Both the position numbers and the translations under genes were made by a program. 64,000 nt of DNA. It comes from Trueperaceae bacterium. GTDB lineage: Bacteria > Deinococcota > Deinococci > Deinococcales > Trueperaceae. Of the stretch, positions 28,443 through 38,114 are shown piece by piece (the first letter of the stretch is position 1; every line of letters starts with the position of its first letter). The notes under the pieces are model-generated. The model was given only the letters and a program-made list of their open reading frames with translations. It did no database searches and was not told the DNA's origin. The stretch covers positions 2,464,001-2,528,000 of the forward strand of contig OZ243927.1 of the NCBI GenBank assembly GCA_965213925.1, written 5' to 3'.

Positions 28443-29162
28443 ATGAAATCAGTCAGCGTTCTTCTAGCCGTGCTCATTATTTTAGGTCTCGTTTCCGCGC
28501 AAGATACAGGGGGCGCGACTGGGGGCGACATGACCGGCGGTGATGCTCAGATTGGCGGCAGCCTCGTCGGGGAAGGCGGCATGACCGGCGGCGACTTAGA
28601 GGCGGCCGAGAACATCACGGGCGGCGCAACCGCTGGCGGGATGACGGGCGGGATGTCGAGCGATATGACGGGCGGCGTGATGGACATGGAAGATATGACG
28701 GGTGGCGTGACCGGGGATACGACAGGCGGTATGACCGGCGGCGCAAGTGCCGACGAGATCGCTGGCGGCGCGGACGACGTCACGGGCGGCGACCTCTCGG
28801 GCGGTGACGCCACGAGCATGATAGGTCCAGACGGTGACATGTCCGGCGGCGATGTGACAGGTGGTGATATAGGCGGCGGCGTGGTCAGCGGCACGACTGG
28901 TGGTGACATGACCGGGGGAGGTATGACCGGCGGTGACATGACGGGCGGTGACATGACGGGCGGCGCTATGTCTTCGTCTACGCCCGGTGACCTGGGCGAA
29001 CTCGTGAGCAGCTACAGCGACTTAGGGACGCTCATCGAGCGCCTCGAGTCCGACACCTCAGACGGCGCGATGAATGTAAGTGACGAGACGCTGAGTGAAT
29101 TGCAGCGCATCTATGAAGAGCTTGGTGGGATGCTCGAGCAGGTGCGCGGCGAAAGCAACTGA
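28443..29162 (+). CDS. Secreted low-complexity protein with (T)GGDM pentapeptide-like repeats
   Basis: Signal peptide ending SAQ; repeated GGDMT/GGMT; acidic helical C-terminus; terminator follows. Confidence 0.8.
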   Translation: MKSVSVLLAVLIILGLVSAQDTGGATGGDMTGGDAQIGGSLVGEGGMTGGDLEAAENITGGATAGGMTGGMSSDMTGGVMDMEDMTGGVTGDTTGGMTGGASADEIAGGADDVTGGDLSGGDATSMIGPDGDMSGGDVTGGDIGGGVVSGTTGGDMTGGGMTGGDMTGGDMTGGAMSSSTPGDLGELVSSYSDLGTLIERLESDTSDGAMNVSDETLSELQRIYEELGGMLEQVRGESN

Positions 29163-29185
29163 ACCGCACGTAAATATCATCATAG

Positions 29186-29208
29186 GGCCGCCTTCGGGCG
29201 GTTTTTTT
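29186..29208 (+). terminator. Rho-independent terminator
   Basis: GGCCGCC-TTCG-GGCGGTTTTTTT. Confidence 0.85.
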
Positions 29209-29403
29209 ATTGTTCGGCGGAGCGATTTGTCCGGGAAGGACTCGAGACTACTCCCCTTCTAACAGAACAGCCACTCATCTCAACTTTAACCTTTCATTTG
29301 TAGGCGAAACTCAAAGATAACCTCTTAAACTTGCGTACACCGCTAGACACACCTTTCTCTCGGAGGTATCGTAGTTTTAGCTGCATTTGTGTAAGGAGCT
29401 ACT

Positions 29404-30318
29404 ATGCCTGCAACCACCCATAAACTCGAGACCCTGCAACACGTGTTGGACGGACTCATGCGCCGCTACGGGACACGTGTCCCCGACGTGGAGAAGATCA
29501 TCCGGGCGATGGTTCGCGAAGAGGTCATCGGCGAGCCCAGCGGCATCCAGAACGACCATATCGCCTTCCGCACGCTCGGGGTCGAGCCTCTGGGTATCGG
29601 CTCGTTGGAAAAAATCTTCCTTCACTACGGCTATGAGCGCCGCGACCCCTACGACTTCCCTGCCAAAAAGCTCAACGCCTACTGGTATAGCCCCCCCGAG
29701 CCGCACTTCCCGCGTATCTTTATCAGCGAGCTGCGCGTGGATGAGCTGTCTGGTGAGGCGCAGCGCATCGTCCGCTCGTACACGGATGAGGTCGCAAGCG
29801 ATCCGGTAGACACGCTGGACCTAGACAACGCTGCCTCCGTCGACGCCTTTTTACACTCTCCCCTTTGGCGGCTGCCGAGCTTGGAGGACTACGAGCGTTT
29901 AGCCGAGGAGAGCGAGTACGCCGCCTGGGTGATCTACAACCGCTACTACCTCAACCACTTCACGATTTCGGTACATACGCTCCCCGAAGGCTACGACACC
30001 GTGGCGGACTTTAACGACTTTCTGAAAGCGCACGGCTTTAAGCTCAACGACTCGGGCGGCGAGGTCAAGACGAGCCCGGACGGAAAGCTCTTGCAAAGCG
30101 CCACCGTCGCGAAGATGATCGAGGCTGAGTTCGCGGAGGGCAAGACAAAAGAGATTTCCGGCTCCTACGTCGAATTTGCCGAGCGGCGCGTGCTCGACGA
30201 GTATGAAGATTTGCCGAAGAAAGAGGTCAAGCGCGAGCACCGCCGCGAGGGGTTCGAGGCGGGCAACGCGGATAAGATTTTCGAGAGCACCTATAGCTCG
30301 CAGACGGGGCGAGGGTAG
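29404..30318 (+). CDS. DUF1338 protein (2-oxoadipate dioxygenase/decarboxylase HglS-like family)
   Basis: NDHIAFRT, PRIFISEL, ESEYAAW, NHFT, YVEFAER, GFEAGNADKIFEST. Confidence 0.85.
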   Translation: MPATTHKLETLQHVLDGLMRRYGTRVPDVEKIIRAMVREEVIGEPSGIQNDHIAFRTLGVEPLGIGSLEKIFLHYGYERRDPYDFPAKKLNAYWYSPPEPHFPRIFISELRVDELSGEAQRIVRSYTDEVASDPVDTLDLDNAASVDAFLHSPLWRLPSLEDYERLAEESEYAAWVIYNRYYLNHFTISVHTLPEGYDTVADFNDFLKAHGFKLNDSGGEVKTSPDGKLLQSATVAKMIEAEFAEGKTKEISGSYVEFAERRVLDEYEDLPKKEVKREHRREGFEAGNADKIFESTYSSQTGRG

Positions 30319-30327
30319 AAGGGGTCA

Positions 30328-30352
30328 CCGGGCGAGTGCTCGACTTGCCCGG
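30328..30352. terminator. Hairpin between convergent genes
   Basis: CCGGGCGAGT-GCTCG-ACTTGCCCGG. Confidence 0.6.
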
Positions 30353-30376
30353 CAACCTCAATGGGATCGGCTTTTC

Positions 30377-31744
30377 CTACGCGACGTACACCGTTTTGAT
30401 GTTCACAAACTCGTGAATTCCTAGCTTCGATAGCTCGCGCCCGTAGCCCGACTCCTTGACGCCGCCAAAGGGCAGACGCGGGTCGGACTTGACGAAGGCG
30501 TTCACGAAGCAGTTGCCCGCGTGGAGTCTTTCGGCGGCGATCTCCTCACCTCTACCCCTATCTCGCGTAAAGACCGCCGCGCCGAGCCCATAAGGCGTGT
30601 CGTTGGCGATACGAATGGCGTCCTCTTCGCTCTTGGCGGTGATAATCGCTGCCACCGGACCGAAGACCTCTTCGCCATAAGCGGGCATCCCTTCGGAGAC
30701 GTCCGTGAGGATGGTTGGCGGGTAGAACGCGCCGGGACCTTCCGGCAGTTCGCCGCCTAAAAGGAGCTTCGCGCCCGCGTCTACGCTCTTCGTGACCTGC
30801 TCGTGCAAAGCGTCACGCAAATCCGGGCGGGCTTGCGGACCGATGTCGGTCTCTTCGTCGGTCGGGTCGCCCATCTTCTGCGCTTTCATCTTCTCCAAAA
30901 GTTTGTTTTGAAACTCGCCCACTAAAGACTCCACGACGATCAAGCGTTTGGCGGCGATGCAGCTCTGCCCGCTATTTTGCAAGCGGCTCGTGGCGCAAGC
31001 GTCCACGGCGGCGTCTAGGTCGGCGTCCTCTAAGATGAGATAGGGGTCGGAGCCGCCGAGTTCCAGCACCGTTTTCTTGAGGTGTTTTCCGGCTCCGCTC
31101 GAGACCGCCTTCCCCGCGCCCGTGCTGCCCGTCAGGGTCGCCGCCGCCACTTTGGGGTTGTCTAAAATCTTTTCGACCTCGTCGACTTGGACCAAAAGAG
31201 TGCGGAAAAGCCCCTCGGGAAAGCCTGCACGCTTCAGCACGTCCTCGAGCGCGAGTCCACACCTCGTCACGTTCTCCGCGTGCTTCAAGAGCCCTGCGTT
31301 GCCCGCCATGAGGGTGGGCGCGGCGAAGCGCACCGCCTGCCAAAACGGGAAGTTCCAGGGCATGATCGCCAACACCACGCCGAGAGGTTGGTAAGCAACG
31401 TAGCTTTTACTCGCGTCCGTTTCGATGGTTTCGGAGGCGAGATGCGCCGCGCCGTTCGCCGCGTAATAGTCGAACGCGCCAGCGCACTTCTTGACCTCCG
31501 CGCGCGCCTGCGAGACCGGTTTACCCATCTCCTCGGTGATGATTTTGGCGAGGGTTTCGTGCTCGTCGCGCAAAATCTTCGCCGCGCTGCTCAGGCATTC
31601 GGCCCGCTCTTCGAAGCCCACCTCGCGCCACGCAAGGTGCGTTTCATGGGCGCGTTCGATGATGGATTGGACCTCTTCTGAAGTCATCTCTTCAAAGCGT
31701 TCGACCTCTTCGCCGGTGGCTGGGTTTGTAGAAATTAGTGCCAT
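30377..31744 (-). CDS. NAD(P)-dependent succinate-semialdehyde dehydrogenase (Sad/GabD1-like)
   Basis: [49 protein letters not shown]. Confidence 0.9.
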   Translation of the reverse strand: MALISTNPATGEEVERFEEMTSEEVQSIIERAHETHLAWREVGFEERAECLSSAAKILRDEHETLAKIITEEMGKPVSQARAEVKKCAGAFDYYAANGAAHLASETIETDASKSYVAYQPLGVVLAIMPWNFPFWQAVRFAAPTLMAGNAGLLKHAENVTRCGLALEDVLKRAGFPEGLFRTLLVQVDEVEKILDNPKVAAATLTGSTGAGKAVSSGAGKHLKKTVLELGGSDPYLILEDADLDAAVDACATSRLQNSGQSCIAAKRLIVVESLVGEFQNKLLEKMKAQKMGDPTDEETDIGPQARPDLRDALHEQVTKSVDAGAKLLLGGELPEGPGAFYPPTILTDVSEGMPAYGEEVFGPVAAIITAKSEEDAIRIANDTPYGLGAAVFTRDRGRGEEIAAERLHAGNCFVNAFVKSDPRLPFGGVKESGYGRELSKLGIHEFVNIKTVYVA

Positions 31745-31910
31745 GTTGCCCTCCTCTATATGCTAAAGCTTAACGCAAGCGTCATATGCTGCGCCTCTAG
31801 CAACCAGTTTTGAATTACACTGAGCGTATCATTAAGAAGCAGTCCTAGCACCGTGCGCTAGGGCTCATAAGCGTCACGCGCACACGGCTTAGAGTTGTAG
31901 AGAGGACCTT

Positions 31911-33014
31911 ATGACCTTCATCCACCAGATCGAAACCGCCGTTCCTGAGAACTACTTTTTGCAAGACGAGGCGAGAGACGCGCTTAAAGCGAGCACGGGC
32001 GACAGGCTGGCGCAGCGCCTCGTCCACCGTCTCTACTCGCAGTCGGGCATTCATAAGCGCCACAGCGTCGTGCACGACTTCAACGTTGCGGCGGAGGGGG
32101 GGCTTTTCTACGACCCGCCGAGCAACACCTTCAAGTCCCCTTCGACAAAAGTGCGCAACGACCTCTACGCGGAGGCGTCGAAGCCGCTCTATACGGGCGT
32201 GGCGCGAAAGGTTTTAGAGGCGTCCGACTTCAGCGCGGATGACGTTACGCACGTTATCACCGTGTCCTGCACGGGCTTTTTTGCGCCCGGACCGGACTTC
32301 TTCGTCGTCAAAGACCTCTGCTTGCGCCCCTCCACCCAGCGCTTTCACGTGGGCTTTATGGGCTGCTACGCGGCGTTTCCCGCCCTCAAGATGGCGCGGG
32401 CGTTCTGCGAGGCGGACCCGAACGCGGTGGTTTTAATCGTCTGCTTAGAACTCTGCACGCTGCACCTGCAACTCGGCGCGGACATGGACCGCCTTCTCTC
32501 GGCGTCGGTCTTTGCGGACGGGGCGGCGGGCGCTCTCGTGAGCGCGAGGCGTCCGCAAGAAGATACGCAAGAGGGGGGACGAGTTTTAGAACTCTCTCAG
32601 CTCGAGACGACCCTCACCCCCACAGGCGAAGAGGACATGGCGTGGACGGTGGGGGACAACGGCTTCGATATTGTACTCTCGAGCTACGTCCCCAACATTT
32701 TAGAAGCCAACCTAGAAGCCGCGCTCACGCCGCTTTTCGCGTCGTTAGGTCGAACCCCCGACGAGGTCCAGCACTGGGCGATTCATCCGGGCGGGCGGGC
32801 GATTTTGGATAAGATTCAAAGAGGTTTAGCGCTGAGCGAGAAACAGCTTACGCCCTCGAGACAAACGCTTCACGACTACGGCAACATGAGCAGCGCCACC
32901 GTGCTCTTCGTCCTCAAAGAGATTATGCAGCGTGCGCAGCCCCGCGAATCGGTCTGCGCGATGGCGTTCGGTCCAGGGCTAACCGTAGAGAGCGGTCTTT
33001 TCACCGTCTGTTAA
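31911..33014 (+). CDS. Type III polyketide synthase
   Basis: Catalytic triad GFMGCYA (Cys), WAIHPGG (His), YGNMSS (Asn); VSCTG; AFGPGLTVE. Confidence 0.95.
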   Translation: MTFIHQIETAVPENYFLQDEARDALKASTGDRLAQRLVHRLYSQSGIHKRHSVVHDFNVAAEGGLFYDPPSNTFKSPSTKVRNDLYAEASKPLYTGVARKVLEASDFSADDVTHVITVSCTGFFAPGPDFFVVKDLCLRPSTQRFHVGFMGCYAAFPALKMARAFCEADPNAVVLIVCLELCTLHLQLGADMDRLLSASVFADGAAGALVSARRPQEDTQEGGRVLELSQLETTLTPTGEEDMAWTVGDNGFDIVLSSYVPNILEANLEAALTPLFASLGRTPDEVQHWAIHPGGRAILDKIQRGLALSEKQLTPSRQTLHDYGNMSSATVLFVLKEIMQRAQPRESVCAMAFGPGLTVESGLFTVC

Positions 33015-33734
33015 GTGCGGCTTTTTCTGACAGAGCGCGAGACGGACTTGCGCGAAAAGATGGATGACCCCGAGTGTGACCCGGATAAGCTGCGCAACAC
33101 GTACGCGCAGTTCGGCGCGGTGAACGCCCTAGTCTCAGGCTGGGAAAGGGTCTATGGGCGTTTTATCCGACCTTTCGCCGCACGCAGAAACCATACGCAC
33201 CTCTTGGATGTCGGCTCGGGTGGGGGCGACCTTCCGAGGAAGGTGGCGAAGTGGGCGGCGAGGGACGGCGTCAACCTGACGATCACCGCCATTGACCCAG
33301 ACGAACGCGCGGCCTCTTATGCAAGGGCGCAACCTCACCACGAAAACGTTACCTTTAGACGCGCCTCGACCACCGACCTCTTGCGAGCGGGTGAGACCTT
33401 CGACCTCGTAACCTCGAACCACCTCTTGCACCACCTATCAAAGGAAGAGGTCGAGAAAATTTGCTGCGAAACGGCGCAACTGAGCACAGGTCTTGTCGTT
33501 CATAAGGACTTAGAGCGTGCCGACCTCGCCTACGTAGGCTTCGCCGCCTTAGCTAAGACCTTTTTCCACAACTCGTTCATCGCGCACGATGGGCTCGTTT
33601 CTATTCGGCGGAGCTTTACGCGGGGCGAACTGCAAGAGGTCGCGCAGGATAGTGAGCCGCAGGGCTGGCGCGTCGAGCGCGCGGTTCCCTTTCACCTCTT
33701 GCTACTATTTGATCATGGGTGGGATAATTCATGA
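33015..33734 (+). CDS. Class I SAM-dependent methyltransferase (PKS III-associated)
   Basis: EKMDDP, LLDVGSGGGD, NHLLHHL, DGLVSIRRSF. Confidence 0.88.
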   Translation: MRLFLTERETDLREKMDDPECDPDKLRNTYAQFGAVNALVSGWERVYGRFIRPFAARRNHTHLLDVGSGGGDLPRKVAKWAARDGVNLTITAIDPDERAASYARAQPHHENVTFRRASTTDLLRAGETFDLVTSNHLLHHLSKEEVEKICCETAQLSTGLVVHKDLERADLAYVGFAALAKTFFHNSFIAHDGLVSIRRSFTRGELQEVAQDSEPQGWRVERAVPFHLLLLFDHGWDNS

Positions 33735-34855
33735 CCTACGATGCGGTGATTGTTGGCGGCGGTCCGGTGGGGCTCTTTCTGGGCTGCCGCTTGGCGCAGT
33801 TAGGGCTCAGGTTCGTCGTTTTAGAAAAACACGCAGAGCCGCTTCAACATTCTCGCTCGATCGGCATTCATCCGCCCTCGTTGGAGAAGTTTGAGGAACT
33901 CGGTTTAGTCAACGACCTCTTGGCGAAGGGTGTCAAAGTCACAAAAGGTCTTGCGTTTGGCTGTTCGAGACCGCTGGGCGAACTCGACTTCTCGCTCTGC
34001 CCGGAGCCCTATACCTTTGTCCTCACCTTGCCGCAGTACGTGACGGAGAATGTTTTGGAGCGTCACCTCTGCACGCTTCGTCCCGGTGCGTTGTGGCGGC
34101 GAGCGGACGTTTTGAACGTTCGAGATAGAGGAGACTACGCCGAGGTTAGCTGTGAACTCGGTGGCGAAACGACAGTGTTGAAGGCTCGAGTCGTCATCGG
34201 CTGCGACGGCAAGAACAGCGTGGTGCGCGAAGCTGCAGAGATTCCCTTCCTCGGCGGACGCTACCCCGACACCTACCTCATGGGCGACTTTGCGGACTCA
34301 ACCGAGTTAGGGTCTCACGCAGCGCTCTACTTGACCCCGGACGGCATCATCGAATCGTTTCCGCTGCCGAATGAGGTGCGCCGCTGGGTGGTAAAGATGC
34401 CGCACCTTTTGGAGAACCCTGCGCCGAAAAATTTGACGGACGCGGTGCGTAAGAGGTTGAAATACGAAGTCCTCACTGAAACGAACACCATGCTGAGCGC
34501 GTTCGGCGTGGAGCGGTACTTAGCCAAGAGGTTCTCTCGCGGAAGAATAGCTCTGGCGGGAGACGCGGCGCACGTGGTGAGCCCGATTGGTGGGCAGGGG
34601 ATGAACTTGGGCTGGTTGGACGCTTGGGCGCTGGCGGATGCGCTCGAGAATAAGGGGGGGCTCGAGACCTCGTTGCAGCGCTACAGCCAAGCCCGCCGCC
34701 GCGCCGCCAAAGCCGCTATCTTACGCGCCGAATTCAACACCGTGATGGGACGAGGAACGAAGCTCGCGCCGCTCCGCGACTTCGGGCTGCGCGGTGTTCT
34801 GCGAAGTCCTGCCAAGCGCGTGTTCGCGCACATGTTCACAATGCGCGGTCTGTAG
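33731..34855 (+). CDS. FAD-dependent monooxygenase
   Basis: GGGPVG, GCDGKNSVVR, LAGDAAHVVSPIGGQGMNLG. Confidence 0.92.
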   Translation: MTYDAVIVGGGPVGLFLGCRLAQLGLRFVVLEKHAEPLQHSRSIGIHPPSLEKFEELGLVNDLLAKGVKVTKGLAFGCSRPLGELDFSLCPEPYTFVLTLPQYVTENVLERHLCTLRPGALWRRADVLNVRDRGDYAEVSCELGGETTVLKARVVIGCDGKNSVVREAAEIPFLGGRYPDTYLMGDFADSTELGSHAALYLTPDGIIESFPLPNEVRRWVVKMPHLLENPAPKNLTDAVRKRLKYEVLTETNTMLSAFGVERYLAKRFSRGRIALAGDAAHVVSPIGGQGMNLGWLDAWALADALENKGGLETSLQRYSQARRRAAKAAILRAEFNTVMGRGTKLAPLRDFGLRGVLRSPAKRVFAHMFTMRGL

Positions 34856-34979
34856 AGCACAATTCGTCGTCCATCCCCCAGCACGTTTTCTGTTAGACTC
34901 CTCTCAAATTCATCAAGTTAGGGCGTGAGGCGATGCGAGAGGGCGTGGTCGTCGCGGAGGTTAAAACTCGAGAGGTGGC

Positions 34980-36425
34980 GTGGGTGTGATGCTCGAGATG
35001 CAAAATATCAGCAAACACTTCGGCGCGGTTGTGGCGCTTGAAGAGGTGGATTTCGGCTTGGAAAAGGGCGAAGTCCACGCGCTCGTAGGTGAGAACGGCG
35101 CAGGTAAGTCTACGCTGATGAAGATCTTAGCGGGCGTACAGCGTCCGACCTCGGGCAAGTTGAAGCTGAACGGGGAAGAGGTCTCTTTCGGCAGCGTCTC
35201 GGAGGCGCAGTCGCACGGCGTGGCGATGGTCTACCAGGAACTCGCGCTCGTCCCGCACTTGTCCGTCGCCGAGAACCTCTTTTTGGGGCGGCTCTCACCT
35301 TTCTTGCGTCACTCTGAAATGCGCAAGCGGGCGAAACCGCTTTTAGAAGAGGTCGAGCTGGACGTGGACCCGGCGGCGTCGGTGAATTCGCTCAGCGTCG
35401 GTGAGCAGCAACTCATCGAAATCGCTAAGGCGGTCTCGCGCGAGGGGCGCATCCTCATCTTAGACGAGCCCACCGCCGCGCTCTCCTCGGGCGAGACGCG
35501 GCAGCTTTTCAGCATCGTGCGTAAGCTTAAAGAGGGCGGCACGAGCCTCATCTACATCAGCCACCGGCTAGAAGAGATTTTCGAAATCGCGGACCGCGTG
35601 ACGGTCTTGCGCGACGGCGCGTGGGTCGCGACGCACAAGACGGATGAGGTCGAGCCGGACGAAGTGGTGCGCGCGATGGTCGGGCGGGACGTGAAGCGCT
35701 ACAGCCGCGAGAGCAGCGCGGCAGAGGAGGTGCTCGCAACGTTCACCTTCGAAGCCGAGGGCTTAGAGCGCGGCGAGATCGAGGTGAAGCGGGGCGAAAT
35801 CGTTGGGCTGGCGGGCGTGGTCGGCTCGGGGCGGGGGCGCGTGCTGGGCGTGCTCTTCGGCGAGGAGGGCGAGGCGACCTTAAACGGGGACGCGGTGGGC
35901 TCACCCAGAGAGGCGATAGACGATGGGCTCTTCTTCGTGCCGGGCGATAGGAAGTCGCAGGGGCTCGTGACGCAGCGCTCGGTGCAGGAAAACTTGACGC
36001 TCGCCATCTTGCAGCGCATCCAGCGGGCGGGTTTTTTGCAACGCGGACAGGAGCGAGAAGAGGCGAAAAGGTGGATTGAGCGACTCGGCTTGCGTCCGCC
36101 TGAGCCGGGTAAGCTCGTCTCGGAACTCTCGGGCGGCAACCAACAAAAGGTCGTGGTCGGCAAGGCGTTGGCGACGGAGCCGCGTTTGCTCTTGCTCGAG
36201 GAACCCACCAGAGGCGTCGACGTGGGCGCGCGCAGCGAAATCTACGACGTGGTTGACGAACTCGCGAAAGACGGGCTGGGGCTTTTGGTGTCCTCGAGCG
36301 ACACCGAAGAACTCATCGGGCTCTGCGACCGCATCCTCGTCTTCCGTGAGGGCAAGGTCGCCCACGAACTCCAATCCCCTATGACCTATGAGGAGGTGGT
36401 GCGCTATGTCACTGGCGCACGTTAA
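34980..36425 (+). CDS. rbsA: Sugar (ribose) ABC transporter ATP-binding protein
   Basis: Tandem ABC domains; GENGAGKST, LSGGNQQKV. Confidence 0.88.
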   Translation: MGVMLEMQNISKHFGAVVALEEVDFGLEKGEVHALVGENGAGKSTLMKILAGVQRPTSGKLKLNGEEVSFGSVSEAQSHGVAMVYQELALVPHLSVAENLFLGRLSPFLRHSEMRKRAKPLLEEVELDVDPAASVNSLSVGEQQLIEIAKAVSREGRILILDEPTAALSSGETRQLFSIVRKLKEGGTSLIYISHRLEEIFEIADRVTVLRDGAWVATHKTDEVEPDEVVRAMVGRDVKRYSRESSAAEEVLATFTFEAEGLERGEIEVKRGEIVGLAGVVGSGRGRVLGVLFGEEGEATLNGDAVGSPREAIDDGLFFVPGDRKSQGLVTQRSVQENLTLAILQRIQRAGFLQRGQEREEAKRWIERLGLRPPEPGKLVSELSGGNQQKVVVGKALATEPRLLLLEEPTRGVDVGARSEIYDVVDELAKDGLGLLVSSSDTEELIGLCDRILVFREGKVAHELQSPMTYEEVVRYVTGAR

Positions 36426-37377
36426 TTGGCGCGGCATCTTAGCGCGTTTTGGGCTCCTGTTCGCCCTCGTTCTGCTCGTCGTCGTCCTGTCGTTCCTCTC
36501 GGACCGCTTCCTTACGACCTCGAACATCATCAACGTGCTGCGGCAAATTTCGATCAACGCGATCATCGCCTTCGGCATGACGGTCGTCATCATCGGGCGC
36601 GGCATCGACCTCTCGGTGGGGTCGCTTCTGGCCTTCGTCGGCGTCTTTAGCGCGAGCTTGGCGGTTGGCGGCACGGGTGGCAGCGAGGGTAGCGGCTTGG
36701 CGGTGCCGCTCGTCATCTTAGCGGGGCTCGGGGTCGGCGTCCTCTTAGGCATGGCGAACGGCGCGTTCGTGGCGTACGCCGGTATCGCGCCCTTTATCGT
36801 GACGCTCGCAGGTCTCACCATCTTCCGGGGGATGGCGCTCGCCTGGACTGACGGACGCCCCGTGAGCGGGCTGCCCGAAGTCTTCAGCACGCTCGGCTAC
36901 GGGACGTTTTTGGGCGTCCCCATGCCCATCTGGATCATGCTCGCCTTTCTCCTCGTGACACACGTTTTGCTCCAATACACGGCGCTCGGGCGCTCCGTTT
37001 ACGCCATCGGCGGCAACGAAGAGGCGGCGCGGCTCTCCGGGATTCCGGTGCGGCGCGTCTTGCTCTTCACCTACGCTTACACGGGCTTCGCTTCGGCGCT
37101 CGCCGCGCTCGTCTTAACGGGTCGCCTCAACTCCGCGCAGCCCACCGCCGGCACGATGTTCGAACTCGACGCGATTGCGGCGGTGGTCGTCGGGGGAACG
37201 TCGCTTTTTGGCGGGCGCGGCGGCGTCTTCGGCACGCTTATCGGGGCGCTCATCATCGGCGTGATCAACAACGGGATGAACCTCCTCAACATCGAGTCAT
37301 TCTTCCAGCAGATTGTCAAAGGAGGGGTGATTCTGTTGGCGCTACTCATTGATAGGATTTTGGCGAATCGCAGTTAA
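36406..37377 (+). CDS. rbsC: Ribose ABC transporter permease
   Basis: GIDLSVGS, GGNEEAARLSGI, ELDAIAAVVVGGTS. Confidence 0.88.
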   Translation: MSLAHVNWRGILARFGLLFALVLLVVVLSFLSDRFLTTSNIINVLRQISINAIIAFGMTVVIIGRGIDLSVGSLLAFVGVFSASLAVGGTGGSEGSGLAVPLVILAGLGVGVLLGMANGAFVAYAGIAPFIVTLAGLTIFRGMALAWTDGRPVSGLPEVFSTLGYGTFLGVPMPIWIMLAFLLVTHVLLQYTALGRSVYAIGGNEEAARLSGIPVRRVLLFTYAYTGFASALAALVLTGRLNSAQPTAGTMFELDAIAAVVVGGTSLFGGRGGVFGTLIGALIIGVINNGMNLLNIESFFQQIVKGGVILLALLIDRILANRS

Positions 37378-37421
37378 GGAAAAGCCGGTCAGGTTGTCAG
37401 CAGTCCGGGTTTTCCTGACTA

Positions 37422-37523
37422 AGTAGGTACGTCGAAATAACCTAAATTAGTAAATGCCAACGAAGTCCGTTCTGGGCGCAAAAACTTCCTCGAGATCGTT
37501 CAGATTGTTGAAGGCGAAGTACT
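37422..37523. mobile_element. 102-bp TA-flanked MITE-like insertion in an octamer repeat
   Basis: ctgacTA-[AGTAGG...AGTACT]-TAgctgactagctga; removing it restores ctgactag-ctgactag-ctga. Confidence 0.55.
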
Positions 37524-37598
37524 TAGCTGACTAGCTGAAATGCTCCTATCCAGGTACACTGAAAAAAACAACTACAACTCGTCTACCGAGGGAAATTT

Positions 37599-38021
37599 AT
37601 GTACCAACCCGACTACATCATGCGGACCATCAAGCAGTTCTCGGAAATGCTCGCGGCGCTGCTTTTCGGCGCACGAGCCAAAGAGCAAATCACGTTCAAC
37701 GATTTGGAAGAACTCAGCCTCAGCTTCACTGGGCTCAGCTTAGAGACCCTCATCGCGCTCGGTCCGCAGCAACTCCGCAACCTCTACTCGGCAACCGGAA
37801 CTTTGGACATTGACAAGGTCTATATCAGCGCGAGGCTGCTCTACCAGCTTTCCGAGCAGGAGGGTGAGGCGAGAAGGGCGCTTGCGCTAAAGGAGAAGGC
37901 TTTGAAGTTACTGCTCGAGGTCCACCGCGTCTTCGGTGATTTTCTGAATGATGAGCATGAGGTATTGGTGTCAGAGCTTCAAGCCGCCTTAGCGCAGCAG
38001 CCGTCCAGCTTGCAGAATTAG
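37599..38021 (+). CDS. Hypothetical helical protein (DUF6483-like)
   Basis: MYQPDYIMRTIKQFSEMLAALL N-terminal motif. Confidence 0.6.
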   Translation: MYQPDYIMRTIKQFSEMLAALLFGARAKEQITFNDLEELSLSFTGLSLETLIALGPQQLRNLYSATGTLDIDKVYISARLLYQLSEQEGEARRALALKEKALKLLLEVHRVFGDFLNDEHEVLVSELQAALAQQPSSLQN

Positions 38022-38114
38022 ACTCGAGCGAACTTGAAAGGCTCTTTTGGACAAAACCTAATGCGCACGGTACACTGACCTAGACGTATCACAATTCACC
38101 CAAAGGAGAACTTT

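Noticed and set aside
28547..28954. Pro-rich minus-strand ORF (SPPVM repeats)
   Set aside because: Antisense shadow of the Gly-rich repeat gene, which has the signal peptide, RBS and terminator
34925..34990. Short reading frame EAMREGVVVAEVKTREVAWV ending at the rbsA start (possible relic of an upstream gene)
   Set aside because: No recognisable family motif
35901..36890. Long antisense or alternate-frame ORFs (this one, 52068-52979, 55632-56498, 39830-40603 and others)
   Set aside because: They overlap well-supported genes and are typical of high-GC shadow ORFs; no motifs
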